64,000 nt of DNA from Octopus sinensis (lineage: Eukaryota), in assembly GCF_006345805.1 (NCBI RefSeq), contig NC_042999.1:152024001-152088000 (forward strand), given 5' to 3'. Made by a program: the position numbers and the translations under genes. Below the pieces are notes generated by a model. The model saw only the letters and a program-made list of their open reading frames with translations. It was not told the origin of the DNA and did no database searches. Of the stretch, positions 1 through 12,330 are shown piece after piece. How positions within the stretch are numbered: the stretch's first letter is position 1; each line of letters begins with the position of its first letter.

Positions 1-136
1 TCCTAAGATTTCGACATTTGATAACTTATCTTGCCCTTTTATGTTGCAGATATTGCACAGATAGCATATGCGAAAGATTTCAAAGTTTCTGTGTATGTCT
101 ATAGTAAGGAGTCCATGCTTCTGTACTATACAGAAT

Positions 137-282
137 GTGCTCAACTGGTACTTACTTTATTGATCCCGAAAGGATGAAAGATAAAGTCGACCTCGGCGGA
201 ATTTGATCTAAGAACGTAAAGACGGAAGAAATGTCGCTAAGCATTTTATCCGACGTGCTAACGATTCCGCCAGCTCACCACT
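137..282 (-). mobile_element. tRNA-derived SINE family A (Meta-domain-like), partial
   Basis: Reverse complement of head GAGCTGGCGGAATCGTTAGCACG, a degenerate B box, and domain GACTTT..CTTTCATCCTTTCGGG.TC. Confidence 0.8.
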
Positions 283-329
283 TAATAATAATAATAATGC
301 TAATAATAATAACAATAATAATAATAATA

Positions 330-771
330 AGACACACAGATAGAGAAATTAAGGCCAAAAGACCAGATATAGTTGTCAGAGATCATGAAGAAAAGAAATG
401 CTTTCTAATTGATGTATCAATACCAGCAGATGACAACGTGTCTCTAAAAGAAATGGAGAAACTCTCAAAATACAAAGACCTGGAAATAGAGGTAACCAGA
501 ATGTGGAATCTAAAAACAGAAACAATTCCTATCATAGTAGGTGCATTAGGCATGATAAAAAAATATTCAGACAAATACATAACAAAAACACCAGGACTTA
601 CAAACACATATAACATACAGAAAATTGCACTACTAGGCACTGCACACATCCTACGCAGAACACTTTCCATACAATAACCATCAGAGCATCACAACAAATC
701 ACAGCACATACCCAAGGCACACAGAGCTGTGCTCGGTAGTGAAGTGAAAGCACGCTATAAAAATAAAACTA

Positions 772-774
<3 letters not shown>
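330..774 (+). mobile_element. 5'-truncated Dong/R4-clade non-LTR retrotransposon (C-terminal restriction-like endonuclease plus 3' UTR) inserted in (TAA)n
   Basis: Translation HTDREIKAKRPDIVVRD...CFLIDVSIP...EKLSKYKDL...IPIIVGALG...IQKIALLGTAHILRRTL has the RPD..D..K..KY RLE signature of R4/Dong elements. (TAA)n flanks at 283-329 and 775-820. Confidence 0.85.
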
Positions 775-808
<34 letters not shown>

Positions 809-821
809 GTAATAATAATAA

Positions 822-1005
822 TTTCTACTATAGACACAAGGCCTGAAATTTTGAGGGAGGGGACTAGTCGATTATATCGACCCTAGTGTTTCACTGGTAC
901 TTAATTTATCGACCTCGACGGAATTTGAAATCAGAGCATAAAGACGGACGAAATGCTGCTAAGGATTTTGCCCGGCGTGCTAACGATCGTACAAGCTCGC
1001 CACCT
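822..1005 (-). mobile_element. SINE family A
   Basis: Same head and 3' end (TTTCTACTATAGACACAAGGCCTGAAATTTT) as other copies. Confidence 0.8.
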
Positions 1006-1089
1006 TAATAATGATGATGATGATCTTTAAATTTTTTAGACATTGCTACAAAAACGAAAGAAAAAGTTTAGAAATCGTCCAACTGTAAT

Positions 1090-1710
1090 GTAATTTCTCA
1101 AATCACCGTCTTAAGCTGATGTTGAAAGTGGAATAAAACGAAAAACAAAAGAGGGAAATGTCATATAACATTGGAGACAATATTATCATTATACCAACCG
1201 TAATGGCTGTCACAGAAACTATTATGAAGAACTCTCAGCTTATTCTTAAGATTATTCCTCTGAGTATTCACTACTGTATAAAACTGCATTGATGAGATGT
1301 CAGAAAATATTGAAAAGACGATAATTTCAGAATTTCAAAAGTGTAATTTATGCTACTCGGTTTGACGAATCACCGTTTGGGAGTTCTAATATACTCAAGG
1401 CCTACGTAAGGTTCTGCGCAGTAGTAGTTCAGATAGTTCTAATAAATGCATTGTTGGTGAATTTCTCTTTGACACTTGAAGCTGCCACCCAGCGGAGAGT
1501 GGGATGATCATCTTGTGGTTGGACGAATATTTGAGTAAGTGTCCGCCATTCATCTTAAATCATTACGGCATTTGTTTCTGATGGTGCACTTAGCTTAGAT
1601 TGAGATGTACCGAGGTTTTTCAGCCGCTTTTAACGGAAAAGCTGCTAATAAGAGAGCATGTATGCAATGCACATTGTTTTACTCTGATAACAATTTCGTA
1701 ACCAAAAATA
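1090..1710 (+). pseudogene. Degenerate hAT (Charlie/Buster/ZBED5-SCAND3-like) transposase fragment
   Basis: Frameshifted motifs in expected order: HNIG..IIP, IPLS..TV..IDEMSENIE, FDES..AYVRF, SDGA, HC.L. Confidence 0.6.
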
Positions 1711-2185
1711 ATTCTCTGTAATTTTTGGTATAAAGTCAGGAGTTTTGAGGTTATTTATTTTATTGACTTCGAAAGGATGGAAGCAAAGTCGACCTCAGTG
1801 ATATTTGAACTCAGAGCATAAAGACGGACAAAATATTGCTAAGCATTTTGGCCCACTTGCAAACGATTCTGCTAGCTCGCTGCTCTCTTGTGACAAATAA
1901 ATAAATAAATAAATAAATAATGATAATGATAATAATAATAATGAGAATCTTTAAAAGATTTTTTGCATCTCGAAATAAGATACGAACAAGGGTGAGTTGA
2001 ACTTCTTTGATTAAACAATAGAGTCCATTAATTAGGTAACGAAGCTATTTTTATGCTTAAATTAGAAACAATTATTAATGATCTGTTACAAAGTAACAGT
2101 TCATAAAACATCACCTCCGTTGTTCAGCTGTTTTAGATTCTAAATTTAGTGGAGAATCGGTTACAAGATAAAGGTTTTTACTATA

Positions 2186-2510
2186 CAGTAATCCCTCGAG
2201 AATCGCGGTGTTAGGTTCCCAAACCGCTCGTGAATGGTGAAAATCCGCGAAGTGGAAACAGTACTGTATATTTTTTAAAATTATTTTTATAATTTGTATA
2301 TATTTATATTTACCACCTCCTAACATAATGAGTATATATATATAATATATATATAAATATCAAAAAGTATATATATACTATTATTATAAATGCAAAACAA
2401 CACCACGGAGGAATCGATGTAAATGATAAACCGCGATAGGTGAATCGTGATAGGTGAACCGCGATAGGTGAAACGCGATAGGTGAACCGCGATATGGCGA
2501 GGGATTACTG
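2186..2510. mobile_element. Tc1/mariner (pogo/Tigger-like) MITE
   Basis: TIRs CAGTAATCCCTCG...CGAGGGATTACTG, TA on left flank, ~5 tandem CCGCGATAGGTGAA subterminal repeats at 2431-2495. Confidence 0.8.
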
Positions 2511-3436
2511 TTATTCAAGCTTAAAGTCATATTTTAAGGTTTTTGTTTCAGTTATTGGTTTTGCGGCCATAACGAAGCATCCTTTGAAGGGTTTTTAGTC
2601 AAATAAATCGACCATAGTACTTTTCTTTTTCTTCTTGAAAGTCTATTTTTTTCCATTGGTCTCTATTTGTCGAACCGCTAGAGTTACGCGGACTCAAACA
2701 AAGGCGTATGTGTGTGTGTGTTGTGAGAAGGAATGTACCATAATGATGGTACTTCTGCTTTCCTTGACATATTTTGTTGTGATTTAGGGTTTATTTATGC
2801 GAGTCGTTTTTGTTTAAAGACTCAAGTCTTGTGTTTGGAATTTTATTTGTTTATGTTGGCGATTTGACCGCCACAGAAACTGTTACTGCTGCTGCTCCTG
2901 CTCCTGCAGCTCAAAAAACTGATAACCTCGAGTAAGGTTTAATCATATTAGGAGCAAATGGCTGATATTTTGAAAACCAACCACATGACGATTGATGTAT
3001 ATCAGTAAATTGATAGATCAATTAATGTTTCCAGGTCGCATTAGATAAACTAAGTAGATAAGATTTGGGTGTTGGTACACGGCATAGTTGTCGCTAATTC
3101 ACGAAGCAAACTGTTCTCGAAAAGGATGGCGGTCGGGTTGAATCCAGCATTGTTTCTGTATTGTTTTTCATTTGGTTCAGGCATTGGTCTCCGGTCATGC
3201 TGGGGCACCTCGTTGAAAAGTTTTAACCGAACAAACTGATCCCTGTACTTTATTCAAACCTGCTACCTATTCTTTCTGTCTTTTTTGTCGAGCTGCTAAG
3301 TTACTGGACATATACAAACTAACAACGGATGCGAGACACAAGCACAAAAACACATATACTCTCACATACATGTACACACGCACACTCACTCACTCACTCA
3401 CTCTCTCTCTCTCACACACACACTTGTGTGTGTGTG

Positions 3437-3704
3437 AAGACGCGTGGCTTAGTGATTATTCTGCTCACCATCATAAGGTTGTGAGCTCGATTACCGGCGG
3501 CGTGTTGTATCTTTAAGCCAGACACTTATTTCACTTTGCTCCAGTCCACTCAGCTGGCAAAAGTGAGTAGTATCTGTATTTTAAAAGGCCACCCGTGTCA
3601 TATTCTGTGTTGCACTGAGGGTGTCCCTGTCTGTGGAGTGCTCGTTAATTTTACGTTGGTCGGTTCAACTGGAACACGCGTCGTCGTAACCGACGGAGTG
3701 CCAG
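3437..3704 (+). mobile_element. tRNA-derived SINE family C, internally deleted
   Basis: Head GCGTGGCTTAGTG, domain CTCCAGTCCACTCAGCTGGCAAAA, tail GTCGTCGTAACCGACGGAGTGCCA. Confidence 0.8.
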
Positions 3705-3856
3705 TTTAAATATATATATATATATAATTCTTTTATATATATGTTTCTTTTGCTAATAGGAATCACAAAATTGTACAAGTTGGATAAACATGTAATAAAT
3801 TTTCTATTAGAAATTCTTCAGATAGTGAATAAAAAAATACTGCTAATATATCCGTA

Positions 3857-4056
3857 TTCTTTTATTCTTTTATTTGTTTCGGTCATTTGACTGTGGCCAT
3901 ACTGGAGCACCACCTTTAGTCGAATAAATCGACACCAGGACTTATTCTTTGTAAGCCTAGTACTTATTCTATCGGTCTCTTCTGCCGAACCGCTAAGTTA
4001 CGCGGACGTAAACATACCAACATCAGTTGTCAAGCAATGGTGGGGTGATAGACACA

Positions 4057-4093
<37 letters not shown>

Positions 4094-4243
4094 TGCGCTT
4101 CTTTCAGTTTCCGTCTACCAAATCCACTCATAAGGCCTTGGTCGGCCCAGGGCAATGGTAGAATACACCTACGATGCCACCCGTTGGGACTGAACCCGAA
4201 ACCATATTGTTGGGAAGCAAACTTCTTACCACACGGCCTTGCC
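3857..4243 (-). mobile_element. tRNA-derived SINE family B (CORE-like) with internal (CA)n
   Basis: Reverse complement of GGTTCAGTCCCA...GTGGATTTGGTAGACGGAAACTGAAAGAAG...GCTCCAGTATGGCC..AGTCAAATGAC. Confidence 0.85.
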
Positions 4244-4834
4244 ATTTGTAATATCTTCTTTAAAGAAACAAACCGTAACATTAATAACTCATCGTAAATG
4301 TGAGTCTTGAAGTGAACAAGAACCATAAATTACAGCAGGTAAATATACTAAGCTTAAAAAAGAAAACTGTAGTTGGATAAAAGGTTAAAGGCTACTTACT
4401 GTATTCACCTTTAAAATAATTTATTTTGTATCTTCCCAAAGCGTCTACATCTTCACGATGTAAAACAAGTTTTTGCCTGGCAAGGCGCCGAATTTGAGAC
4501 ATATAAATATATCTAGATAGTGGGGGTGGTGTCCTGATTGACTAAGTAGCAAAGTTTCTTGCAGCAGTTACCACGTGTTGTTATGTTCGCCTATAAACAA
4601 ATTATAGCTAACTGTGGAGGCTATTTTATTCTTGTACTTGTTTCAGTCATTTGATTGCGCCCATGCTGGGGCACCGCCTTTAGTCGAGCAAATCGAACCC
4701 AGGACTTATTCTTTGTAAGCCTTTCTTATTTTCGGGGGTCGATAAATTAAGTACCAGTGAAATTCTGGGGTCGATGTAATTGACTAGTCCCCTCCCCTAA
4801 AATTTCAGGCCTTGTGCCTATTTTTAGAAAGAAT

Positions 4835-5690
4835 TACCCTTTCTTGCTGGTTTCTCAAGCGTGACCGACTGAGACTAGAGATATTATCCAACCATTTCGT
4901 TCCTATTTATTTATTGCCCATAAGGGACCAAACATAGAGGGGACAAACAAGGACAGACAAAGGGATTAAGTCGATTACATCGACCCCAGTGCGTAACTGG
5001 TCCTTAAGTTATCGACCCCGAAAGGATGAAAGGCAAAGTCGACCTCGGCTGAATTTGAACTCAGAACGTAGCGGCAGACGTAATACCTATTTCTTTACTA
5101 CCCACAAGGGGCTAAACACAGAGAGGACAAACAAGGACAGACAAACGGATTAAGTCGATTAGATCGACCTCAGTGCGTAACTAGTACTTAATTTATCGAC
5201 CCCGAAAGGATGAAAGGCAAAGTCAACCTCGGCGGAATTTGAACTCAGAACGTAACGGGCAGGCGAAATACGTCTACGCATTTCGCCCGGCGTGCTAACG
5301 TTTCTGCCAGCTTCCCAACCATCTCGTTCTTGGTCTACTCCTAAGTTTCCTGCCGATTAGCTCGGCTTGAAGAATCCGTTTTGCGTTTCTTTTCCTGCGA
5401 TATTCTAATCACATGTCCGTAGTCCCAGCACTGTGACTTCTCAATGTGGAGAAGTAGCAGTTGGACCCAGAGAGATTTTCTGATCTCCTAGTCACGTACC
5501 CTGTCGAGTAACTTTACCCCAGAAATATTTCGAAAGAACCCCATTTCGGTTACTTGTATTCAAGATCGTACTTCTTCGGTCATTAATCAACATTCATGAT
5601 CTAAGGCGAGAAAAGGCACGAAAACCAAATTGAAGATAGCTTGGGGAATCCATTAAATTCTATTAACACAGCTCTCATTATGCCGCGTTC
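4835..5690 (-). mobile_element. RTE-clade LINE ORF2 C-terminal relic, interrupted by a SINE dimer
   Basis: Minus-strand degenerate translation ...VFVP...MTEEVRS.IQVTEMGFFRNISGV...DRVR..EIR...IEKSQ..YGHVIR...RPRTRWLDNI. Confidence 0.7.
4903..5314 (-). mobile_element. SINE family A dimer (one head, two ~190-bp body units) with 15-bp TSD
   Basis: TSD CCAACCAT(T/C)TCGTTC at 4888-4902 and 5315-5329; duplicated body units. Confidence 0.85.
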
Positions 5691-6003
5691 AAAGCACCCG
5701 CTTGTATGGATGCTCGCCGAGAAGAAACCCAGGCGATAATGTGGGACTAGTGATGCATTATTTACATTGCAACTTCATGAACAGATATGGTAAAACAGAT
5801 TTAAAGATCGCGAAAAATTATTCACTAATCTTCATTTCGTACATCAATGGCTGATGTGTTTTCTCATAAATATGATTGTTTTTACATTATACAGAATGCT
5901 CCCCTCCATCAAGCTCCCAGATTCACAAGCTTGATAGTGTAAAATAAAGGATTTTTTGTTCTACTCTGTATAAAACATAATGTACGGTATTCGAGTTATA
6001 TAT

Positions 6004-6065
<62 letters not shown>

Positions 6066-6072
6066 ATATTAT

Positions 6073-6448
6073 ACTCTTTTACTTGTTTCAGTCATTTGAC
6101 TGTGGCCATGCTGAAGCACCGCCTTTATTCGAGCAAATCGACCCCAGGACTTATTCTTTGTAAGCCTAGTACTTATTCTATCGGTCTCTTTTTGCCGAGC
6201 CGCTAAGGTACGGGGATGTAAACACACCAGCATCGGTTGTCAAGCGATGTTGGGAGGACAAACACAGACACACAAGCACATACACACACATACATATATA
6301 CGACGGGCTTCTTTCAGTTTCCGTCTACCAAATCCACTCCCAAGGCTTTGGTCGGCCCGAGGCTATAGTAGAAGACACTTGCCCAAAGTGTCACGCAGCG
6401 GGACTGAACCCGGAACCATGTGGCTGGTAAGCAAGCTACTTACCACAC
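6073..6448 (-). mobile_element. SINE family B, near full length, CpG-rich
   Basis: Complete match to family B structure including B box and CTTTGGGCAAGTGTCTTC domain. Confidence 0.85.
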
Positions 6449-7200
6449 GTATATATATATATATATATATATATAATATGTATAAGTTCTATACATAAGT
6501 TATGTTATATAGATTGTTTACATAAAATTATTAAATTTCACCGTCCACACTTCTGGGGAATTTCTATATTTTCTAAAAGCCCGTCAACTTCATGTTGATT
6601 ACAAATGTGTTTTTTAAAAAAACTATGTGATTATAGAATATTGCTCTTCTTAACTTGTCAAGTTGTTTGATGGTCTTTCAAATAAATACATTTCTTATGA
6701 AGGTTTAATAGATAAATAAATAAACTTCGATTCAGTTCTTTATACTCTCATTGTTAACTTTTTTTTTTGTTCATCTTCCTTACCCAATTTTTTTTCTGAA
6801 TCACGATTCAACGACGTTCCATCGTCAGTGCCTCATCAATTTCTTTACATGGTCCCTGTTAATTAAGAGCAGCAACCTACGGCATTCCTTTCTCAATAAA
6901 TCACTTGAAAAGCCTCCTCTTACGTGTTGTAGCATCGACCATTTACTCTGTTACTGAAGCAGATTGGTGCCATCTGCACGTGTGCTATGTATGTTATCAT
7001 AACTATTTTAATTAATGTTTGCGCTGGTTTCCACATGCCAACCTTTTTTTTTTTTACGTGCATAATTATCCTGAAATTAAACTGTCATTATACCTACCCT
7101 GTTAATACGCCTAAAACCTGAACTCACCACAGTGCGTTCTTGGTTTTGACTTCGTTGCGTCTACCAACTAACCTGAACTACACACACACACACACACACA

Positions 7201-7238
<38 letters not shown>

Positions 7239-7336
7239 TACACACACACATTAACGTCTGCTAATACTTTACATGTACCACGTCCTCGCATTGTTTTTTG
7301 CGTTTGTTCTTGTTTTTTTTTGCGGGGGGGGGGTTA

Positions 7337-7357
7337 CTATCTATCTATCTATCTATC

Positions 7358-7431
<74 letters not shown>

Positions 7432-7450
7432 ATCTATCTATCTATCTATC

Positions 7451-7513
<63 letters not shown>
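7337..7513. repeat. (ATCT)n microsatellite
   Basis: Directly visible. Confidence 0.95.
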
Positions 7514-7662
7514 GTGTGTGTGTGTACATGTACTTATATATATATATATATAATATATATATATTATATATATATATAATTCGGTCCGTCTTGCGTTCCA
7601 TTACTCAATAAATGAAAAAAAATGTATGGTAAATGAACAAACGACATAATGTATGCTGAATG

Positions 7663-7827
7663 TAAAAACGAACGGGAGACAAGGTCCGTAATTCTTCATC
7701 AGTTATCGACTAACTGGTAATATTCAGTTTCGCACCTGTAACGATGAGATGCGAAACTGGATATTACCAATTGGTTGATAAGTGATGAAGAATTACGGAC
7801 CTTCTTGTTGTCTCCCGTTTGTTTTTA
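7663..7827. repeat. ~165-bp imperfect palindrome, probably Penelope-like-element derived
   Basis: Arms TAAAAACGAACGGGAGAC...TTTCGCA and TGCGAAAC...GTCTCCCGTTTGTTTTTA are reverse complements; they carry CGAAAC and (C/G)TGATGAAG words. Confidence 0.8.
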
Positions 7828-7831
7828 TATA

Positions 7832-8148
7832 GCGCGTGGCTTAGTGGTTAGGGCATTCGGCTCACGATCGTAAGGTCATGAGTTCAGTTCCCGGCGACGC
7901 GTTATGTCCTTGAGTAAAACACTTTATTTCACGTTGCTCTAGTCCACTCACCTGGCAAAAATGAGTTGTACATGTATTTCAAAGGGCCGGCCTTGTCACG
8001 TTCTGTGTCGCGCTGAATTTTCCCTGTGAACTAAGTTAGGGGTACACGTGTCTGTGGATTTCTTAGTCACTTACACGTAATTTCACGAGCAAGCTGTTTC
8101 CGTTAATCGTATCAGCTGGGACCCACGTCGTCGTAACCGACGGAGTGC
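7832..8148 (+). mobile_element. SINE family C, near full length
   Basis: A box TGGCTTAGTGG, B box GAGTTCAGTTCC, tail GTAACCGACGGAGTG. Confidence 0.85.
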
Positions 8149-8589
8149 TCCTGTTATATATATAATGCAAGTGGGTGACCGTCTCTAACTTTGCCCTTTC
8201 ACGGATCTTGTTTATCACCACACAGCGTCTCAAAAACCACCTTGCTCACCAAACAGTCTTGGCGGTATTGCCGGCTTGGTCGTCCACGCAAAAGGTTGTA
8301 CGGAGTTACATGTTACCAGTAACACTCAAAAGCGAGCGACCTTGCAAATCTTTTACTATTTATTTCCATGTATCTTATCCGAATACTTGTTCTCTTAGTC
8401 GTTGCTGTTCAGCACCAAGTCGACTGTGGCCATCTCAATTTTCCTTCGGACACAGAGTATTCCAGTCCCTATTTATCTTTCCTTTTACTTATTTATTATT
8501 TATTTATTTATTTATTTATTCTTAAAGACAGTGTGTGATTTTATGGAGATTTGACTGTTAATGCTATTATTTTTTTCGGATCCCTAGAG

Positions 8590-8795
8590 CAATGGTTCTC
8601 AATATTTTTAATATCCGACCAGATCCCAAACCTGGATTTTTTAATGGGGCCCTCATAAAAAAAAAAAAAGCAACAGAAAACACAAAACACGAGTCAATAA
8701 AAGAAACATATTTATAGAGGGAATACCGTTGGGTGCCGCCGGAAGAATGCTCGAGGGCCGCATGCGACCCTGAGAACAGCGGGTGAGAATCGTTG
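8590..8795. mobile_element. hAT (MER5/Charlie-like) MITE
   Basis: TIR CAATGGTTCTCA...TGAGAATCGTTG; 8-bp TSD CCCTAGAG/CTCTAGAA. Confidence 0.7.
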
Positions 8796-9550
8796 CTCTA
8801 GAAACTCTTTCGCTGGCTTGCCTTCCAGAAATCTCATCTCGCTATTTAGTTTTTCTATTTTATTGTCGGTCATTATATGTTCCTAAATCGAAAGATCACC
8901 AATTTATTCATTTACAATGATCTTTCTAAGAAAGTATTATTACTTAGAAAAAAAAAAAGAAATCAATCAATAATTTAGATTGTTTATTTATATCATTTCA
9001 CATCGAGTCAAACTCACATTTTTGATCCGTGTCTTTTGTTCCGATCACTGATTCATTATTGGTTTGCGGTTCTAAAATACATGTAGATTAAACATAGACA
9101 AGATGCCCGTGTTTAATCCATCTACGATATTCAGTTAATCGATTAATCCAGCTTATCCACGAATCAATCAATCAATAACCCAATCAATTTATTATACCGA
9201 CAAAACATTCATTCGATGAATGCCATTCATAATTTCAAGTTTCGGCAAAGTTATTATTATAATATTTTTTTTCCAATTCATTTCGTCAGTACTATACCGC
9301 TTATACGGAACAAGCAACTTCCTATGGGCTTTCCTGTTTCAACCTTATTAAATCAATAATTACAACATCTATATTGGCGGCAATTAATAGTCATCAAAAA
9401 AAATTATTTTCCCCGATATAATGCAATACCTCTAACCTATTTATCGATCCATGTCTTCATCCCCACCACGACCTCTCTCTCTCACACAGACAAAAGTTTT
9501 GGCGTTTTATGCACATTTCTACATGGCTATTTTTATAACACAATATAATA

Positions 9551-9592
<42 letters not shown>

Positions 9593-10567
9593 TATATAGT
9601 GAGAGAGAGAGAGAGAGAGAGAGAGAGGAGGGAGGGGGGGGGAGTTGTTATTACAGTTTCAATTTAGCAGATCTTGAAATTCACAAAAAAAAAATGTTTG
9701 GCCTAAATATTACACATGGAAAATTTTTTGTGAGATTAATTCTTTCACAACTAAACAGTTTGATGGATAGAAGGGAATGAATGGAGTTGGCAAAATTCCA
9801 CAGAGTGAGTTTATAAACAAATTCACCTGGTCATTGATAATATACGTAGTCTTGGGAATGTATTTGCATCACATTTGCTGCTGTTGTTGTTTTGGTAAAT
9901 TTTGAAAAGTTTCTTCTCAAACAAAACGCAAATAGGAAAACTTAAATTAAATTAAATACACGCCTCGTGAGATTTTGCATGTATACGTTTAAGGCTAGCT
10001 GGCCGAAACTTCGAATCTACTAGCAACACTGGTCTTTGTAAAAGAATATGTACTCCATTAAGAGCATTACTCTTTTACTTGTTTCAGTCTTTTGACTGCG
10101 ACCTTGCTGGAGCACCGCCTTTAGTCGAACAAATCGACCCCAGCCAGGACTTATTCTTTGTAAGCCATAGTACTTATTCTATCGGTCTATTTTGCCGAAC
10201 TGCTAGGTTACGGGCTACGTAAACACATCAGCATCGGTTGTCAAAGGGATGGTGGGGGTGGGGTGGGGGTCAAACACACACACACACTTGGTCTATGATT
10301 GGATTTGTAGCAGCTGATTTTCCGTGAGTGTATCCTTGAATGGTTGGCTGGTCCACTATCATCATTAGTTGTTTATCCAATGAGTTTTTTTCTTTTACTG
10401 TTTCAGTAGCGGTCCATCGTATATTTCTGATTTCTTTAGGCAAGCAATAGAATAATTGAGGACTTCTAAATATCAGACTGGTACAATAAAGTGTTTATAT
10501 ATATTTATATATCGTTTGTAGAAAAACAGAAATCCGGAGAGGTACACTCGAAGATGTAGAGCAGTTA

Positions 10568-10746
10568 ATATTATAATGGGAAAGGCCGGTTTACGGGGTT
10601 ACCCTGGGTTTCCCGTTCATAAGGGGTTTGGCCTTACAGCGTATCGTCAGACCCTAAACCTGTTGGTCTAAGGTTTGGGGTCTGACAATACGCTTATGGA
10701 TGGGAAACCCAGGGTAACCCCATAAACCGCCCCCCCTATTATAATA
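10568..10746. mobile_element. Palindromic MITE (~180 bp hairpin)
   Basis: CGGTTTACGGGGTTACCCTGGGTTTCCC pairs with GGGAAACCCAGGGTAACCCCATAAACCG; inner GTCAGACCCTAAACC/GGTTTGGGGTCTGAC; AT-rich flanks. Confidence 0.75.
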
Positions 10747-11298
10747 TATACATACCTATATATATATTATATATATATATATGCATACATACATATATAT
10801 GTATGTATGTAAATAGATATGATTATAGATATGTATATATATCTATACATATAAATTTGGCATGGGTGATTCTTTCTTGTTTTGGGATCCACGGTCAAAC
10901 GGCTGGGTGGAATTGCATGAAAAATTACAGATGTGGAGAATGATCCGGTGGTGATGCTGGGCTTTGTATTTTTTCATAGCTCCCATGGTTACCGAGATAA
11001 TCTACTATAATAATACTCTTGTGTTTATGAATGAGAAATGAAGGGTTGCTAGTATATATGCACACACACATACATGAATATATATATACACCCATATATA
11101 TACATGCATATATACATATATTTGCACATATATAGATATGTATATATACATAGATATATACATGCATATATATGTATATATATATATGCATATATATAAA
11201 TGTGCATATAAATATTTATATTTATATGCACATTTATATATACGCATATATATATACATATATATGCATGTATATATATATATATATATATATATCCC

Positions 11299-11330
<32 letters not shown>

Positions 11331-11483
11331 GTGGTGTGTGTGTGGTGTGTGTGTATATGTGTATACACACACACACATATATATAGGAAAATGAATAATT
11401 AATTAAATCAATACTTGAAATGTTAATCATTTTATCGTCTCTGGAAGGGTGAAACGCTTGGTCACCCCCGTGAACAACTGAAC

Positions 11484-11534
<51 letters not shown>

Positions 11535-11880
11535 GAACTGGAAGTTGTAGCGTTCATCCCTTGCCAGCAACTTTGGTGATGGAAGTGTGAAGCGATTAGG
11601 AGAAGGGTAATTGAAACCGAGTGCCAGATTCGGTTCAGTGAGAATTCACCGCTGCGACACACAGCGGTTGCCAATAATATCCAGTTGATTACCTTCCACA
11701 CGTTTTGTTAGCGCGCTACACAGCCATACTGTTTAATTACACTTGTTAGATACAATAACTTGTGCTTCTTTAGCCATTCATTACTACTAGGTAGATGATT
11801 AACTAGTGGAAGAGCCAACAGGGCTGTTTCCTTTCACGTGGATACGGACAGATAACGCATATATATATATATATATATAT

Positions 11881-12268
11881 ATAAATGTGTGTGCGTGTGC
11901 GTCTTTATCCACCAGTGTTTCAGTCGTCATGGTTATGGTAGTGTGGATGGAGGATAAAAAAAAAATGAAATCAACAAGTATAAAATAAAATTTATAAAAA
12001 AAAATAACAGCCCAAAAAAAAAAAATTCTACCATATCAAAGTAACTAACTAGCTGGCTGACTGGGTATGAAAAGCGACAGATTTGCCGAGGGACATAGAG
12101 GCAGGGAGGAAGATAGGAAGGAAGTTGGTAAATGTTCTCAGTCGGGGTGGGATGGCTTACAAGTGAGGAAGAGAAGGTAAAGAGAGCGGTGTGAGGAAGG
12201 GCAACCATAGCAATAATATCGATAAAAGAGAGGGAAGGAGATGCAGGAAATGGTGTTTATATATGTAT

Positions 12269-12330
<62 letters not shown>

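Noticed and set aside
231-329. N-terminal part of the 148-aa ORF (poly-Ile)
   Set aside because: Read-through of antisense SINE and (TAA)n; only the part from ~330 is retrotransposon coding sequence
383-670. 95-aa minus ORF
   Set aside because: Antisense shadow of the RLE frame
7140-7611. ORFs rich in YLSI/IYIY/HTHT (also ~11-13 kb, 17 kb, 22-23 kb, 61 kb)
   Set aside because: Translations of microsatellites
7832-7895. tRNA-like A/B boxes here and in other SINE heads
   Set aside because: They continue into SINE bodies and lack a complete cloverleaf; not tRNA genes
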